In this document: positions 1 through 14,439 of the stretch, in pieces | Numbering within the stretch: the first letter of the stretch is position 1 | Layout: the number at the start of each line of letters is the position of its first letter | Assembly: GCF_036321535.1 (NCBI RefSeq) | Contig: NC_087437.1 | Coordinates: 31,312,001 to 31,376,000 of the forward strand | DNA: 64,000 bases | Reading direction: 5' to 3' | Source: Camelus dromedarius | Taxonomy: Eukaryota | The notes under the pieces: model-generated | Seen by the model: the letters and a program-made list of their open reading frames with translations, nothing else | Database searches by the model: none | What the model was told of the DNA's origin: nothing | Program-made: the position numbers and the translations under genes

Positions 1-27
1 GGCTGTGAGAGGGAGAATTAGTCTTTG

Positions 28-140
28 TGATCATCACCCCCTTTACAGATGAGAAAAACAGAGGTAGGAAGAGGGGAAAGTCTTGTTCAAGGCCAGTGGT
101 AGGGACGGCAGAGCCCGCATCTCCCACCCCTGGACTCTCC
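28..140 (-). mobile_element. MIR SINE fragment
   Basis: atcaccccctttacagatgagaaaaacagagg is the reverse complement of the MIR core. Confidence 0.65.
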
Positions 141-1094
141 ACCAGCCGCCTGTTTCCCTGCCACCCCACCCACCTCCAGCGTCCACACGCTCACAGCCAC
201 CGCCATGTCCCCATCTCTGCCCTTGAGACGCGAACGGCTGGACCAGGCATGTAAGGCCCCTTCCAGCTCTAACAGTCGTGATGTGGGCAAGTTCAGCACG
301 ACTCCCTGGTGGCAGCTCGGTGAAAGGGCCTTTATTTTAGAACCAGTGTTAGAGCCTGAACAGCTCTTGGCATCACTGTCCAGAGGAGGGTAGACAAAGA
401 TTCCATCAAATTCCACAGACTGGGGCCAGAATCCATGACTCATAGTCCACAATCAGGTGAGCTTTCCCTATAAGAGATTTCAAAGTAAGAGGGCAGCTGA
501 GAGCTGACATTTTAGTTTTGTTTGGATGCCTTGAATGAAGCTCTTAACTCCTGACTTTCCCTCCCGTGCACAGAGCCCTAAAGACCTCAAAAAGTCCTGC
601 CATAGCTCCTGTACTCACAGGAGAAACACACCTGTGTACACCCAAGTCTATTCATATTGTTCACCCAGAGTTTGTCCTGTACACTCGACATTTATAAAGA
701 GTACATTTATAAGATTATTTTCCTACACCCTTTGCAATATGAGAGCCCAAGTGAAAGTTTCATAATTTCAGTCAGCCGTGCAGTTGAGCTACTCCAATAG
801 TGAGGCTAAAAAATGGGGGAACCTGTTGGGGTGCTGTCCTCTTGTATGGTGGGGGCTGTGCCTCTGGTGTGCTTGGGTTAAGCAAGGCAAGGCCATGGGG
901 AGCCACTTCTGGGAGGGCAGCATAAATGCCTAATGGGGGACCTGCCGTGGGGCAACACGCTGATAGGAAATGTGTGGGGATTCGGAGATTTGTACGTTGG
1001 TGTTAGAGGCCTCAGCTGGATGAAGTTAGGAATGAAATCCGTTATTTTTAGCTCTATTGAGTGTGAATCCATCAGAAGCCTTCTTGAGTAAGTA

Positions 1095-1400
1095 AGTAAA
1101 CAGAAAACCCAGTTCAAAGCAAAGCAAAATCATTAGCTTAAGCAAAAGCAGGTATTTCTAGGCTCGTATGGACAGCAGACCTTTTGGCTTGACCCAGGGA
1201 TCAGACTATGAGCTCTGCAAACTGCAGTTAGTTTCCATTCTCAGGCTGCCCTCAGAGTGACAAGACGGCTGCAGAGGTGCCAAGCTTCGTGTCCCATTGG
1301 CTCTGTGTGTCTATGCCTGAACCAGTTCCTGAAGAACTGCCATCAGTCAAGAACCACCCCTAAAGCTGGGGAAGGGTTTAAATCCACCCCAGCCACACAA
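1095..1400 (-). mobile_element. Degenerate MaLR (MLT1-type) LTR fragment
   Basis: aacagaaaacccagttcaaa...gcttaagcaaaa and cccattggctctg...cctgaaccag resemble old MLT1 LTRs. Recognised by eye. Confidence 0.4.
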
Positions 1401-2739
1401 TGCAGATTCCCAAAGGAAATTTAAAGGGCCCTGGCTTACAGGGCTAAGAGTTCCTCTTCTCTGAGTTAAGAAGAAAAGATATTCCTGGATCCTGAAAACC
1501 CTTCTCCTTCTTATTGTGGCTTGTCTAAGCCTGATCTATGTCATCAGTAGCCAAGGTGGAAAATTAAAATCCTCCCAGCCTTTTCTACAGCATGAGGGGC
1601 GCTCAGAGTTTGCTGGACTGGCTTGTGTTTATGTCCGCCCCCTCAGTTTGCCTAAAGGACAGAATTTTCCTCTGCAGGGTAAATGTGTACCTTTGCCTTT
1701 TTACTACTTCCCCACCATGTTGAGGGATCAGTGAGACCAGAGGCTCATTTACAAATAAAAGCTTCATCCTAACACCTGGATAATGACAGTACACAAAGGA
1801 GCATCTCCAAGCAGGCAAAGCAGAAGATACCGCCAATGCTCATTTTATATCTGACAACTAATTAAAACGAGAGGAGGAGGAGGCTACCCAAAATGCAATT
1901 ACAGAAAATGGGTGAGGAGGTAATGAGCAGGAGCTAAATTAGAGCTGACAGTCTAGCCGTGGGGATTTCTTCAGGCTGACGAGAGGGAAACAGGAGATGA
2001 AGTTCTGGTGCGGCTCTGCTTACAGCGACTGGAAACAAGCTTTCTGTGGGACTTCGCTATGTTTCATGGGTTTTTACTTTACCTCCCCCCATATCTCCAT
2101 CCTCTCACCACCCTTGCCTTTGGACCTTACTGAGCAGAATTGGCAGCTCACCTTGGCTGAGCTGCTTTCAGCCGTGATACTTGAACTGCTGGCTGAAGAG
2201 AGGAGGCGAGACTGGCCCTGAGACTCGTTTCTAAAAGTGACCCTCTGTCTGGCTTTGTTACCTGTCACACCATTCCCAAGGTCAAGCAAGAGGATTGGAG
2301 CAGTCGCCCTCCCTTCCAGCACCTCCCAGGGAGGGCTGGTGGGCTGCCCTGGTCCTGCTGGTGGATGGGCTGCCTCAGATGCCCTCCGCGTCTCATTTTG
2401 TGAGCTCTCAGAGGGCAGAAACTGGCTGATTCTATCGTCCCTGGAAAGCATGGAATCCAGCACTGCTCTCATTCATTTGTGTGTCCATGGATCTCCCAAC
2501 GATGTGCCAGATGTTTGCTGTGCTGGGGAAACAGGAGAAAAGACAGGGCAGACCCCTAGCGGCCACCCTCATGCAGCCCGCAGGCAGGGAGAGATGAGGG
2601 GGCTGTGACCTGATTCCCAGGCTGATGAGATCCTTGGGCTGTGTGCCCCCAGAAGACACCCTGCGATTATTTGCTGGTGATAACTTTTTTCATCTGACTT
2701 ATTTCTTGCTAGATTATCAGTTCAGAACAAATCCCTAGG

Positions 2740-4900
2740 TCAGAGAAGGTGCTGGATATGTGCTCATTTATGGAATGAATGAATGAATCATAGTGTGACC
2801 AGTGCTCGGAGAGAAATATGAGATGCTGTGGGAACACATACGAGGGCTGCCTAAGAGGAGATCATGGAAGGCTTCCTGGAGGAAGAGATATCTGTGCTTA
2901 GTACAAAAGAACAAGTGCTATAGGATGGAAGAGAGTCAAAGACTTAACAAGGGAAAGAGCAGTTTAACAATGACATGATCAAAAGAGTTATGAGACACAG
3001 AAATAGCACAGACAATGAAGTGACCACCTCTTCCAGGGAATGGGGAAGGTGGCTGCTAGGGATTTTGAAGGATAAATAGAAATCTGTCTGGTGGATAAGA
3101 GTTAAAAAGCCACAAGCACTCCTTTTTTTTTTTTTTCTTTCTTTTTTCTTACTGAGACCTAGGCTTGATGGCTGCTCTCCTGAGCATCCCAGTCTAGCTG
3201 GAGCCTCCCTGTGCGTTACCAGCACAGCCTCTCTGACCAGGACGTGGTATTTTTCTGTCTTCCCCACTGGACTGGGAGCTCCAGGAAAGAGAAGCCATTA
3301 TTATCATTTGCCTTTTCAGCCCCCACCATCTGGCATGGTTCTGAGGAATGATGCGGCTAGATAAGTATTTTCTAAATGAATTGGTAAATAAACTTCAGGG
3401 AGAGAAGCATGGGAATCTTAACCAGCATGACCTGGAGAAGGACCTCTGTGGGAGAGGAAGTGATGCATGATGACTGGGAAGGTTACGACGAACGTTGGAA
3501 GCCATGCTGTGAAGCTTGGGATTTATCTGTTTTGTGATGAGGAGTCACTGAAATATTTAAGTCCAGGTGTCACTTGGCCAGATGCATTTTAGGAAGCTCA
3601 TTCTGGTCACAACAGTCACTGTGCAGACAGCAAACTGGAGAGGACTGGGAATAGAGGCAAGGAGACAGACGGCCAAGGACTCAAATATTCTCACTTTTAC
3701 AGAAGATTAAACGTAACAGTCAGTTAATTGCCCTCTAACTGTGAGCCCAGCTCATCACACTGTGAGCGTATATATGGAGCCTGTGCAGACTCTATGGGGG
3801 CTGTGAGGTCAATGAGGCTTGACCAAATTAGCAAAAGACTAGTAAAGAAAATATAAAATGGAGTGCTTTTAAAGGCATAACATAAAATGTCTGAAAAAAA
3901 GAGAACCAATATAGATGTTGGTGTAGTAAATTGCAAAGTTTCAGAAATTGGGTTAAAAAAAACAAGTTTCTAGATCCGTTCTTTCAGGGGAAGGACAAAG
4001 ATAAATGGAAAATGTTTAAACAGACAAATAGAAGTCAGACAAATAGGAACAAAAAGGAAGTGAAATGTGGGTGTAAAATGAATGTGAACTACACAAAGCA
4101 GAACTCCAGCACCGAGAAGATGCAGTAATGAGAGATGATCGTGGATGGAGTGAGGGCCCCGAGAAAGAGCAAGGGGACAGGACCCAGAGGATCAGCAGAG
4201 AAACAGCCTTGGAAGGACGCAGGGACCCTCTTGCACGGGGACAGGAAGAGAGGAGGAAGAGATGGGTGTTGTCTTGGCTTGTGTCTCCTTAACGGGGGAG
4301 CCAGTGGCGAGCGCACAGCCACCTGAGGGTGAGGAGGTGGGGTGCTCACATACCAGAGGCAGCTGGAAGCCCGCTGGGAAACGGGCAAGACATCACTCGT
4401 GTCTGCGATGGGTAGTTTGGTAGATTTGGCAGCAGGAAGGGGAGGGGTTTACAGTTTATGTTCTTGTATGTTCTCTATGAAGCAGGAGGCACGTTTATCT
4501 GGTGACATTGAAGGAAGAAGGGGTAGGACTGAAGCCGAGAAAAGTAAATTTGAAATCTAAACAGTGGGGGAGAATGATTAGAAAACAGAGGACTGGTGAT
4601 CTCTATGTGTAGTTCCTGTAGACCAAGAATTTGCAATGCATGAGTCTCTGCACTCTGTGACTTTCTCCAGCACAGCTCAGCATCTTGGTTACATGCGATG
4701 AGCAACCAGACAGATTCACCCAGGAGTGGATTTTTGCCAGGCAGGTGCAGTGAAGGAATAGTGAAACAGGGAGCTGAGAACAGGGCAAGAGAATCTTCTA
4801 AATGGTGAACAAGGTCATCAGCCATCCTAACCTCCCTAGTCAAGGAAGGAACTGAAGACAGAATAGATAGACTAGAGCAAGGTAAAGAGTCTGAGGACAG
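2740..4900 (-). mobile_element. Fragmented L2 LINE including an ORF2 remnant
   Basis: L2-like blocks (atggaaggcttcctggaggaag; gaggagtcactgaaatatttaag). The minus-strand ORF 4475-4993 contains LIACNQDAELCWRKS, which resembles L2 ORF2 (LRACTRAAERCWRKS). Boundaries are approximate. Confidence 0.55.
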
Positions 4901-6019
4901 GGGTGTGGGGATGTACCTGCACAAAATCCGCGAGAGCGGGAGACTGCGGTGTGCAAGGGCTAATGACCAGGTTAGGGAATACCAGTGAGGCACACCTCCA
5001 CCCCAGTTCTCCCACGTGCAAATTCAGTTCTGATTTTCACAGCACCATTGTGGTCTTCTATCTCCAGCCCACCAACCTCTTCTGCCATTTCATCTAATAG
5101 TCATTGCATAGGTTTTTAAAAACTAAGGTTTATACTTGAGAGTTTGCAATATCCAGGGAGTGCTAAATGTCCATAATTTCCATACTAATGTGACTTTAAG
5201 AAGGCTGGGCACTTTATTCAGATGAATTGGCGGCTGCTGTGTTGCTGTTTGAATTGACCCACTGAAGACATAGGAAGAAGACAGGAGATCCTCTATTACC
5301 TCTGATGAGAGAGGGGAACGGTGACACAGAAATTAAAAATGCATTTATGTTTGTCTTTGGAATGAACTTTGTATTTCTTATAAATATGGGTGCAATAGGC
5401 ATGAAAACCCGTTCGTGAAAAATCAAGCATTGTCTAGGGGTAACAACATACGTAGGAGCAGTATAATGATCACGCAGCCCATCTCTGACTAGGCTTCAGT
5501 TAAGCTTCTAACTCTCCACAATGAATTAACGATTCTACACGGCACCAGTGGGAAAAATTCTGCCCTGACCCCATCAAACGGATGTGTCTCGCTTACACCC
5601 TATTCTGTCAGGATTGGTGGCTCTTGTAATCTTGTCCCAGAAAACAAGACTATTGACGCTCTTTTATTCCACCCTTTTTTATTTCCACAAAGCTATTTTT
5701 GCTGTACTGGGATTTTTTACTGCCACTGGGATTTCTGCAGAAGTTTAATAGTACTAATAAAACGAAGGGCAAAGTGCCAAAGGGAGCATCTTGAAAGAAT
5801 AATCTGTAGCCCTTTGTTTGGTCAGGGCTAAAGACTCTGCAAGGCATTGCCGTCTGCAGTTCGGGGTCAAGGCCAACTTCCGCCTTCTTTGTTGAATTCC
5901 TCTTCACGCTCTGGGCCCAGTACTTAATTTCTCTCTTCCTACTACTCTGGGGCTTCCAATCAAATGGAGCTTGCAGAGGGGTTGAGTCCATTCCATTGAC
6001 ATCCCGATCGCTACCTAGA

Positions 6020-6185
6020 CCAGGTTTCTCCTCTGGCTTTCATTACAGTCACATGGGAGCTTTTAAAAAATACCTGTGCCTGGGCCCTTCTTCAGATCAA
6101 CTGGACCAGAATCTCTGGGGCAGGGCAGGGCATCAGCTCCCAGGTGGTCCTCCTACCTGGGCCAGAGTTGAGGATAACCGACCTG
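6020..6185. mobile_element. MER5-type hAT-Charlie MITE
   Basis: tcacatgggagcttttaaaaaatacctgtgcctgggccc...cagaatctctgggg...agttgagga is the typical MER5 layout. Confidence 0.6.
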
Positions 6186-6706
6186 GACAAGGCTCTCCAA
6201 ACTCTGCCTCCTGGCTCCCCACTGGAGTTACTGGCTCATCAGATGGCCGAGTTCCCCGTGGAAACTCAGCACCTGAGAGATTCCCAGGCAGCATGCAGGG
6301 AGCGCAGCCAGAGAGCAAGGCAGACACCACTCTGGGTGCCCAGTGAAGAAGCAAGCGGCACATGAGATGTTTTTCGTTTAGCTTTGGTCTCCAATTAAAA
6401 TTCAGAATTTTGTGGCATTATTAACATTTTAGTCAATTCATTACTCTTCCATGTGTCACTTCAGAATAATCCATAAAAAATAATCAATGTTCCTGAGCTT
6501 TGCTAAGATAGGTAGTCTGTTAGAATTAATCCATTCTAATTTTGACTTTGGCTTTCACTGCCATCTCTGGAAGAGTTATTTATCTTCCTATGGAACTTCT
6601 GCTGCTTCAAATATTCTCTCTTTAGAAGATGACAAGGAAAGTAACATTTAGTGAGCACCTGTTTTATGCTCAGGGCTGCACCAGACACTTGGCATATACT
6701 ACTGAA

Positions 6707-6890
6707 ATTGTTAAGAGCGTGGACTGTGGAGTCAGTCTGCATGGACTCACATCCCAGCTCAGCCGCTCCCAGCAAATAAACTCAAATCAGAGTGGTCGTG
6801 AGTTCCCGATGAGATTGTGTCTATAAAGCATGGAGCGCCGTGCCTGGCACAATGTTAGTTCTCAAAGTGTGTTCCATCGTCGTCTCATCA
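6707..6890 (+). mobile_element. MIR SINE (internally deleted)
   Basis: gttaagagcgtggactgtggagtcag head and gtgcctggcaca tail. Confidence 0.6.
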
Positions 6891-9175
6891 TGTAGTTCTC
6901 ACAATAATACAGGCATCAGTATCTATTTTAGAGATGAGCAAAATCTCAAAGGTGGACCTGTTTATCCAGTGACACACTCACCCTCAGGTGCAGATGAAAG
7001 AAAATGAAAATACCTACCCTTCATGATTTTTGAAAAATCAGAGAAATAGTTTTAGAATGCATAGCCTAGGACCTGCAAGATAGTTGATCTACAAAACTCA
7101 ACCCTGTTCCAGGTGTTGGCGGGGCAGTGCGGAACAAGACAGGGAGATCCCCTGCCCTTGTGGAGGGTAGACTGAGCTCTCTACCCAACCTTCAGGAAGC
7201 AGGAGGCGCTGTACACACCAGACCTGTTGGTAGCACATGCTTTAATGCCGTTATGTAATATTTCTCTTTCCTTGTTAACAGAAGGTTCTAATTCCTCAGA
7301 GTGAGTGATCCCTAAGGTTCTTGACTAATCACAAAATGCTCAAAGGTGAAGAGCCACTAGGAGGTTATCTTTGCTGCCCTAGGAGTTCCTTCTGGGCACC
7401 CCCTTCCTGGCTTCCCCACACCAGGGCCCCTGGTGCTGACAGAAGGAGAAACAGATGCCATCACTGCTTCAAGATGGCAAAGGCGTTGTTCTACAACAAT
7501 GACTCCGTAGACCCAGGCCAGCCTCCCAGCCACCCTTCGGAGTATTCTCTCATGGTGTGTATTGGTGTGGCGGCTGATGGAGACCCAGACCACAAACTCA
7601 CATAAAGGCCACAGATAGATTTAGTCAGGTTTATGCATTTACAAGCAGTGAATTAATGAAAAGAAAATCAGCAGACAATAAAAGAGTTGACTGAACATTA
7701 CTTCTATGATGATCATTTCTTCTCTGCTGTTCTTGAATTCACTCACTTATGAAAACACATAATAAGCCTCTCCTACACACCAAGTTGTACATTGTCTCTG
7801 GGGATACAGAGATTATCCCAAGAGGTCAGTAGTTTTGAAAATGTCTCAAGAAGGCCTGTCCACTGTGTTTGAGAAAAATCCAAAGTATTGTTGACAAAGA
7901 ATTATAACTTGTACATTCTTTGATGTCTCTGGTTGCCTAAATTTCCTGGTAACTTGCTATACAGCATGTCAGGAAATTTCATTTCAGCCCTGTAAAACTG
8001 GGACTGTGTGGTTATAATACTGCCATCACCTCAATGCCAAAGCCTGGCTGGGCACACTGGGGTCCAGATCAGGCTGCAGGGAGCTATTCTGGGCTTCTCC
8101 CGTACTACAGTTAAAGTTTTCAGTATACTATAAAATATCATTTCATAGGCGAACGACTCCAAGTAGGATTTGGATTAAACGGGATCTCCTAAAACTAAAG
8201 ATAGACCAATATGGTTTTATGATTTAGTATTGCTGCATTTTCTTCTTTAACAAGATATATTTCTACATATAATTACTGAAAGGGGAAGATCTCTGTAGCT
8301 TAGTTAGAAATAGAGAGACTGCTTAAGAAATTTCATGCATAGTTCTATGGAAAATGCTAAAATACTTCATCTGCTTGACACAGGTATGCATTTTCCATCA
8401 GGAAAAGGACAGTGTAGATTTTTTTAGAATCATTAAATAGGTGGTAACCATCAGATACAGAAAAAATAATCTGACTTTTATATGTAAGTCCATAAATTTA
8501 CAGGGAAACCTGGGAACTGGGTAAATTTGAGTGTATTAGGTTTGGGAACTTTTTAAATCTTTAGGTTTTTGCTAAATTATCCCTTATGTATTTCCTCAGT
8601 TTTAATTTCCCTACATTTCAAAAATTCCTTTGTGAAAAAGGATGTGAAGCACTTTATATTCCTACCTTGAGTTTTCATTAGTGGTATTTAATACTATGAA
8701 CATCTTGAAGCTCATAACCCAAGAGGGAGAATTTGAAAGGACTGTTGTAAAAATTTTTCATTCTTTTTTACAGTATCTTTATCTTGTTTGCACTGAGAAA
8801 GTTTCTTTGCCTCACCACGGAATTAAAATTTATTTCCTAGCATCCTGATAGTCCGATGAGCTGGCAGTGTTTTTATGTACAGCTACACCAGAGTTACTCA
8901 AAATTATTACTGTTTGGGGGAGAATAACTCACTGAACTATCAAAGAAATATATCCCTGCACAAAGATAAAGATTTGGCACGAACTTTTTAAAGATAACAG
9001 TAAGTGTAAAGCAGGTCACCTTGACTTTCACACTTCTTGACGGGGTGTTTCTCCAGAGAGCTCTTATTCATAGTAACTTACTATGGAAATGCAAAAGATA
9101 ATGCCAAAAATAAAAATAAAAACATATATTTGAGCACATACTGTGTTCCAGGTCCTGTGCTAAGAGTTCACAGAA

Positions 9176-9180
<5 letters not shown>

Positions 9181-9227
<47 letters not shown>
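9181..9227. repeat. (TA)n microsatellite, about 23 units
   Basis: Perfect TA run seen directly. Confidence 0.95.
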
Positions 9228-9230
<3 letters not shown>

Positions 9231-9386
9231 CTTTCAACCTTAATAATAGATCCAATTTTATACTAAGATATTGAAAATATTTAAATTTATTTTAAAAAAC
9301 AAGAATTCCCATTTAGGCCTAGTCCTATAGTACTGAGCTGTATTCTAACACTGTTATTTCCCCTGTGTTAACTTTTCTGTACATTT

Positions 9387-10721
9387 CTTTTCTTTTTTTA
9401 AATTGAAGTATAGTTGATTTACAATATTATATTAGTTTCAGGTGTACAACATAGGGATTCAATATTTGTATAGATCATACTCCATTTAAAGTCATTATAA
9501 AATATTAGCTATATTCCCTGTGCTGCACAATATATCCTAGTAGCCTATTTATTTTGTACGTAATGGTTTGTACCTCTTAATCCCCCATCCCTATCCTGCC
9601 CCTCCCTCATTTCCCCTCCCCACTGGTAGCCACTGGTTTGTTCTCTATATCTGTGAGTCTGTTTCTGTTTTCTTGTATTCATTTGTTTGCTTTTTTTTTT
9701 TAGATTCCATATAAGTGATAATATACAATATTTGGCTTCCTCTGTCTGACTTATTTCACTAAGCATAATACTCTCTAGGTCCATCTATGTTGTTGCAAAT
9801 GGCAAAATTTCATTCTTTTTTATGGCTGAGTAATAACCCATTGTATATATATGCCAAATCTCTTTATCCAGTCATCTACTGATGGGCACTTAGTTTGCTT
9901 CCATGTCTTGGCTCCTGTAAGTAGTGCTGCTATGAACATTGGTGTACATATATCTTCCCAAATTAGTACTTTAATTTTCTTTGGATATATACCCAGGAGT
10001 GGAATTGCTGGATCATGTGGTAGTTCTATTTTTAGTTTTTTGGGGAACCTCCCTACTGTTCTTCACAGTGATGTACCAATTTACATTTTTACCAACAGTA
10101 TACTAGGGTTTCCTTTTCTCCACATCCTTGCCAACATTTATTACTTATTGTCCTTTTGGAGATAGTCATTCCAACAGGTATGAAGTGATATCTAATTTTG
10201 GTTTTGATTTGCATTTCCCTGATGATTAGCAACGTTGAGAATCTTTTCATGTGCCTGTTGGCCATCTGTATGTCTTCTTTGGGAAAATGCCTATTCAAAT
10301 CTTCTGAACATTTTTTAATCAGGTTATTTAGGGTTTTTTGATATTGAGTTGTATGAACTGTTTATATATTTTGGATATTAATCTCTTATGGTCCTATCAT
10401 TTGAAAATATTTTCTCCCATTCTAGGTTGTCTTTTCATTTTTTTGACAGCTTCTTTTGCTGTGCAAAAGCTTTTGAGTTTAATTAGTCCTGTTTTGTTTA
10501 TTTTTTATTTTGTTTCCTTTGCCTGAGGAGACAGATCCAAAAAAATACTGCTATGAGTTATGTCAAAGAATGTTCTGCCCATGTTTTCTTCTAGGAGTTC
10601 TATGATTTCTGGTCCTACATTTAGGTCTTTAATCCATTTTGAGTTTATTTTTGTATGTGGTGCCAGAAAATATTCTAATTTCATTCTTTTACAAGTCTGG
10701 CTGTACAGTTTTTCTAGCACC
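9387..10721 (-). mobile_element. 5'-truncated L1 (ORF2 C-terminus plus 3' UTR) with TSD
   Basis: Minus-strand peptides [33 protein letters not shown] and MDLESIMLSEISQ; poly-T at the left end. TSD acttttctgtacattt (9371-9386) / actattctgtacattt (10722-10737). Confidence 0.92.
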
Positions 10722-13700
10722 ACTATTCTGTACATTTTTTATAGGAGTGCTTCCAAAGAACAAAGTGAATAAGACATATTAACGATGCATGCTGGTTATA
10801 AGTGCCCTGGAAAATTCATTGTAAGAAACAGTTTTCAACATGTAAATATTAGTACAAGAAAATACGAGGAATTTGACCAAGGCACTTAGGACAAAATACT
10901 AACAAAATATAAACACGGCCTTTTTCACATGTTGAGGAAATAGGACGGGCTATAATTTGTTGAAACCCTTGTTTATGAATGGATTTCCCAGGAAAGTAAG
11001 AAGGATTAATTAAAAAAAAAAAAACTTTCCCTTCTTCTTATAAAAGTAATAATACTCATTTCAATAGTGTGGGCAAAAAAATTAAAAACCCTGAGAAGAA
11101 AAATTCATCAAAGAGCTTTTTGGCTTTGTTCTATTTAAAATTTGTATAACAGGTTCAAGGTGCTAGATCAACCCCTTCAAGAGTCACACATACATGAGGA
11201 AATATATGGAGTTTTAGCCATGGATTTACATTATATCTGTCATTAATTCTAATATGTAAATGTGGGGAGTGGGTCTGTTTTCTGGGGGAAGGTTTAAGGC
11301 AGTGAAATTTCCTTGCGATGCTCTGCACAGCACAGCCCCTGCAGAGGATGGTAGACCCTTACAATTCTGCTTGTGAGAACAGAACTGCCTCTTCTAAACT
11401 CGCCCGCGTCTTTCACCCTACTTCCATCACTGCTTCCTTGCCTTTAAACTTAACTCCTCAGAGTAATGGAGAAACAGAATAAAACAGTTCCAGGTAGATT
11501 TGCCCTGAAAGAAATCTTAAAACAAATGGAACCAGCAGTATCCCTTGGCACTTAAAAGTACATAGAACTTTACATCAAGGAAAGAAGGAAAATATCAAAT
11601 ATTTGTACAATTCTCCAAAAGGATCACAAAGGATGTAATGTCAATCCTAGCCATTTAACCCTCAGCACCTCCAGCCTTCAGACAGGCATTTGAACAAAGT
11701 TCAGGATCCAACTCTCCACAGGTTTTTCTGGAAGACCCTACCCCAGCCTTGCCCAATCTAAGGCCAGGCTCCCCTCTGCCACAGCCTTGCCCACTGGTCC
11801 ACCCTGCCCTAGAATTCCTGCGGTGACAGGCAAATCTCATTACGGTCCAGCCCTCAGCCCTGGCTCTGGGATTCTTAAGGGTTTGGGAGCTTAAAGCCCA
11901 GGATGGCTCTGTACATGAGGTCTCATGGGAAGACAAGACAAAACCTGACCTCAGGTAAAGTTGGGAGAATCTGGGAGCAGGGAGGTGTCCCAATGGAGTG
12001 GCCTGTTCTTCATCCATAGACAAGGCAGTCTGGGGACAGAAATAGAGGTTAATCTTACCATAAGGAAGATTCGGTTGGGGAGGCATTTGGCAGAGAGAAG
12101 AACACGGGAAGATTCATGAGAGCAGGACATTGTTACAAGCAGTCAGAGCCAACCCTCGGTTTTACCATTTGGCTGGAGCAGGGTGTCTGGGGGAGATGGG
12201 AGGCAGCATTACCAGAAAGCAGAGTGAGGCTGGGAGAGACCATGACCTTGGAGACCCCACCACTAACCAACTGCGGAAAGTCATGTCTCTACCACTTCAC
12301 TTCCTCATCTGTGAAATACGTGGAATTCTTCCAGAGAACTTGCAAGTCGCCTGTGCGTGGGAATGCTGCTTGCACTTTCCTGAAAGTTTAGAAGGGGCCT
12401 AGAGCCCCTTTCATTGTGCACAACCCTTCCCACTTCCTTGCCTAGTTGCATTGATATTTCAAGCTCTTTTATAAAGTGCAGGTGTGAAAGCAGCCCTTCA
12501 TCTCTCCTCTCCCCGCCCAGACCTTGAATAGAATTATTGGTTTTCGCAAGAAAAGGTAATCAAAGTGAAAGTAAAGGCTAGGCTGTTATCACTACTGTTG
12601 TCTCAGGCCAGATGCTCACTAGCAATACACCAGAAGCCAAAAATGAGAGACCAGGCAGCAGCTGGGATCCAAAAATAAGGGCCGGGCTGGGTGGAAAATA
12701 TCGACAGATGTAAACCAGAAACAAGAAAGAATGCTTTGTCTGTACATTTCGAAAAGCAAGAGCCTTGAGCTGTGTCCCACATGCCCAGACATAGGTCTGC
12801 ATCCAGTTTATCTGCAGTGGCCACAGCAAGGTTGCTCAGGATGTTACTTTACTGCTTAGCCACTCACTCTACTGCCTCTCCAGCAGGAGGGCGTCTCCAC
12901 TCCTTGCCCTTCCATTGGCAGAAAGCACCCAGGGCAAAAAGCCCATTCTTCACCTCTGTCACCTTTCTATGAATCTCAGCCCCATTTTCTGAGCCTTTCT
13001 CTCAGGCCAGATTTCTGGGTATCTGCTTTCTGTTTGTTTTGTTCTGATCCTGCATCAATATGCACATTAAGGCAACTATGCAACTCATCTCTTATTGAAA
13101 GAACAGTGCTCTTTCCACACCATACTGTGATTAAGAGTGGGAGGTTGCCCTGGTAGGTGTACGCCAAGAGACTCTAACAGAGGTTTTCAAAGCATGTATT
13201 ATTCCTACGTGCGTGAAGGAGTTTCATCAGAAGACTCAAGAACAGTTCAAAGTTCTCTTTCTACTCCCTCTGCTTTTAAAAGGTTAGAAATAACACACGT
13301 CAGTTTAGTAAAATTATCTTCTAAGTAACATCGCACTAATTTGAAATTTCACAGTGAAATAACCATATGCCAGCCTAGGTCTCAAGATGGCGTGTTCTCA
13401 TTAGAAGCAGAAAAATGATCAAGAGAACTGCCACAGAGGGTTTTTGAGAATCATATTAACGAATAAACCACCTTAGAGCTTGTGGCCAGGAGTAGCCACA
13501 AGCAGAGTTCCCCTGTCTGGAAGGCTGCACTGCATCCCTCTCCATCCTGAGGGAGCGTGTCCTATTTGCAAGTGGCGGCTCTTCCTCGTGGGCTGGTGGA
13601 CCCTGGCCTACACTGTCACCCCACCTCCGCCATCTGGAGGCCTTGAAAATGCCTTGGGAGAAGGGCTTTCTCCTGGCCTTTCTCCAGGAGAGGGCACTGC

Positions 13701-14127
13701 TGCATGGGTACCAGGGATGGGGAGAAACATGTTGGTCACATAGGGACTAGAGCTGAAGACTGCTCATGGTCGTTTCTCATCTTTCTATAAATCAAAGTAA
13801 ACATGTTTGTTTGGTGGGAAATTATCCCAGTATTTTATACATTAATAACAGCCCAAAAGGCAGTTGAATTCAATCTAACCAGCAATTATCAACCATCTAC
13901 TAAGGACTCACTTCCATTCTAGGGCTGTGGAGATAAGAAGATAAAATAAAATTCTAACCCTCAGATAGCTTACTCCCTAGTAAAAGATATAAAGTTTGGG
14001 GGGAAAAAATACAAAGTTTGTAAACAAGTAACTATAAAATAAATAAGTAGCAAATGTCTAAAGGGCCAGGGAGGTAACCTACGTAAACAAAGTAAGCAGT
14101 ATGGAAGAATAACAAAATCCTAGAAGT

Positions 14128-14264
14128 GGGGGGAGGTATAGCTCAAGTGGCAGAGAGTATGCTGAGCATGCACAGGCTCCTGGGCTCAATCCCCAGTACC
14201 GCCTCTAAAAAAATAAAGAAACCTAATTACCTCCCCCCACCCACACACACACACACAAATTTTA
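14128..14264 (+). mobile_element. tRNA-Ala-derived SINE (Vic-1-like, camelid), long-tail form
   Basis: ggtatagctcaagtggcagag...gggctcaatccccagtacc head and aaacctaattacctcccc tail. Imperfect TSD aaaatcctagaagtgg / aaaatcccagaaatgg. Confidence 0.85.
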
Positions 14265-14439
14265 AAAATCCCAGAAATGGAACCAAACTCCATCTTTACT
14301 ACATGATGGTATAAGCATATAACTTAGTGTGAATGTAGCTGATTTCCATATTATATTTTATATTAAAAAATTTAAACAGAAACAGAAAAAGAAAAACATT
14401 TATATTATTATTATTGTTATTATTATTTTATAATTCATT

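Noticed and set aside
14128..14205. tRNA-Ala genes (also at 17280, 20645 and 44635)
   Set aside because: Broken stems, A-rich tails and TSDs show they are SINE copies, not functional tRNAs.
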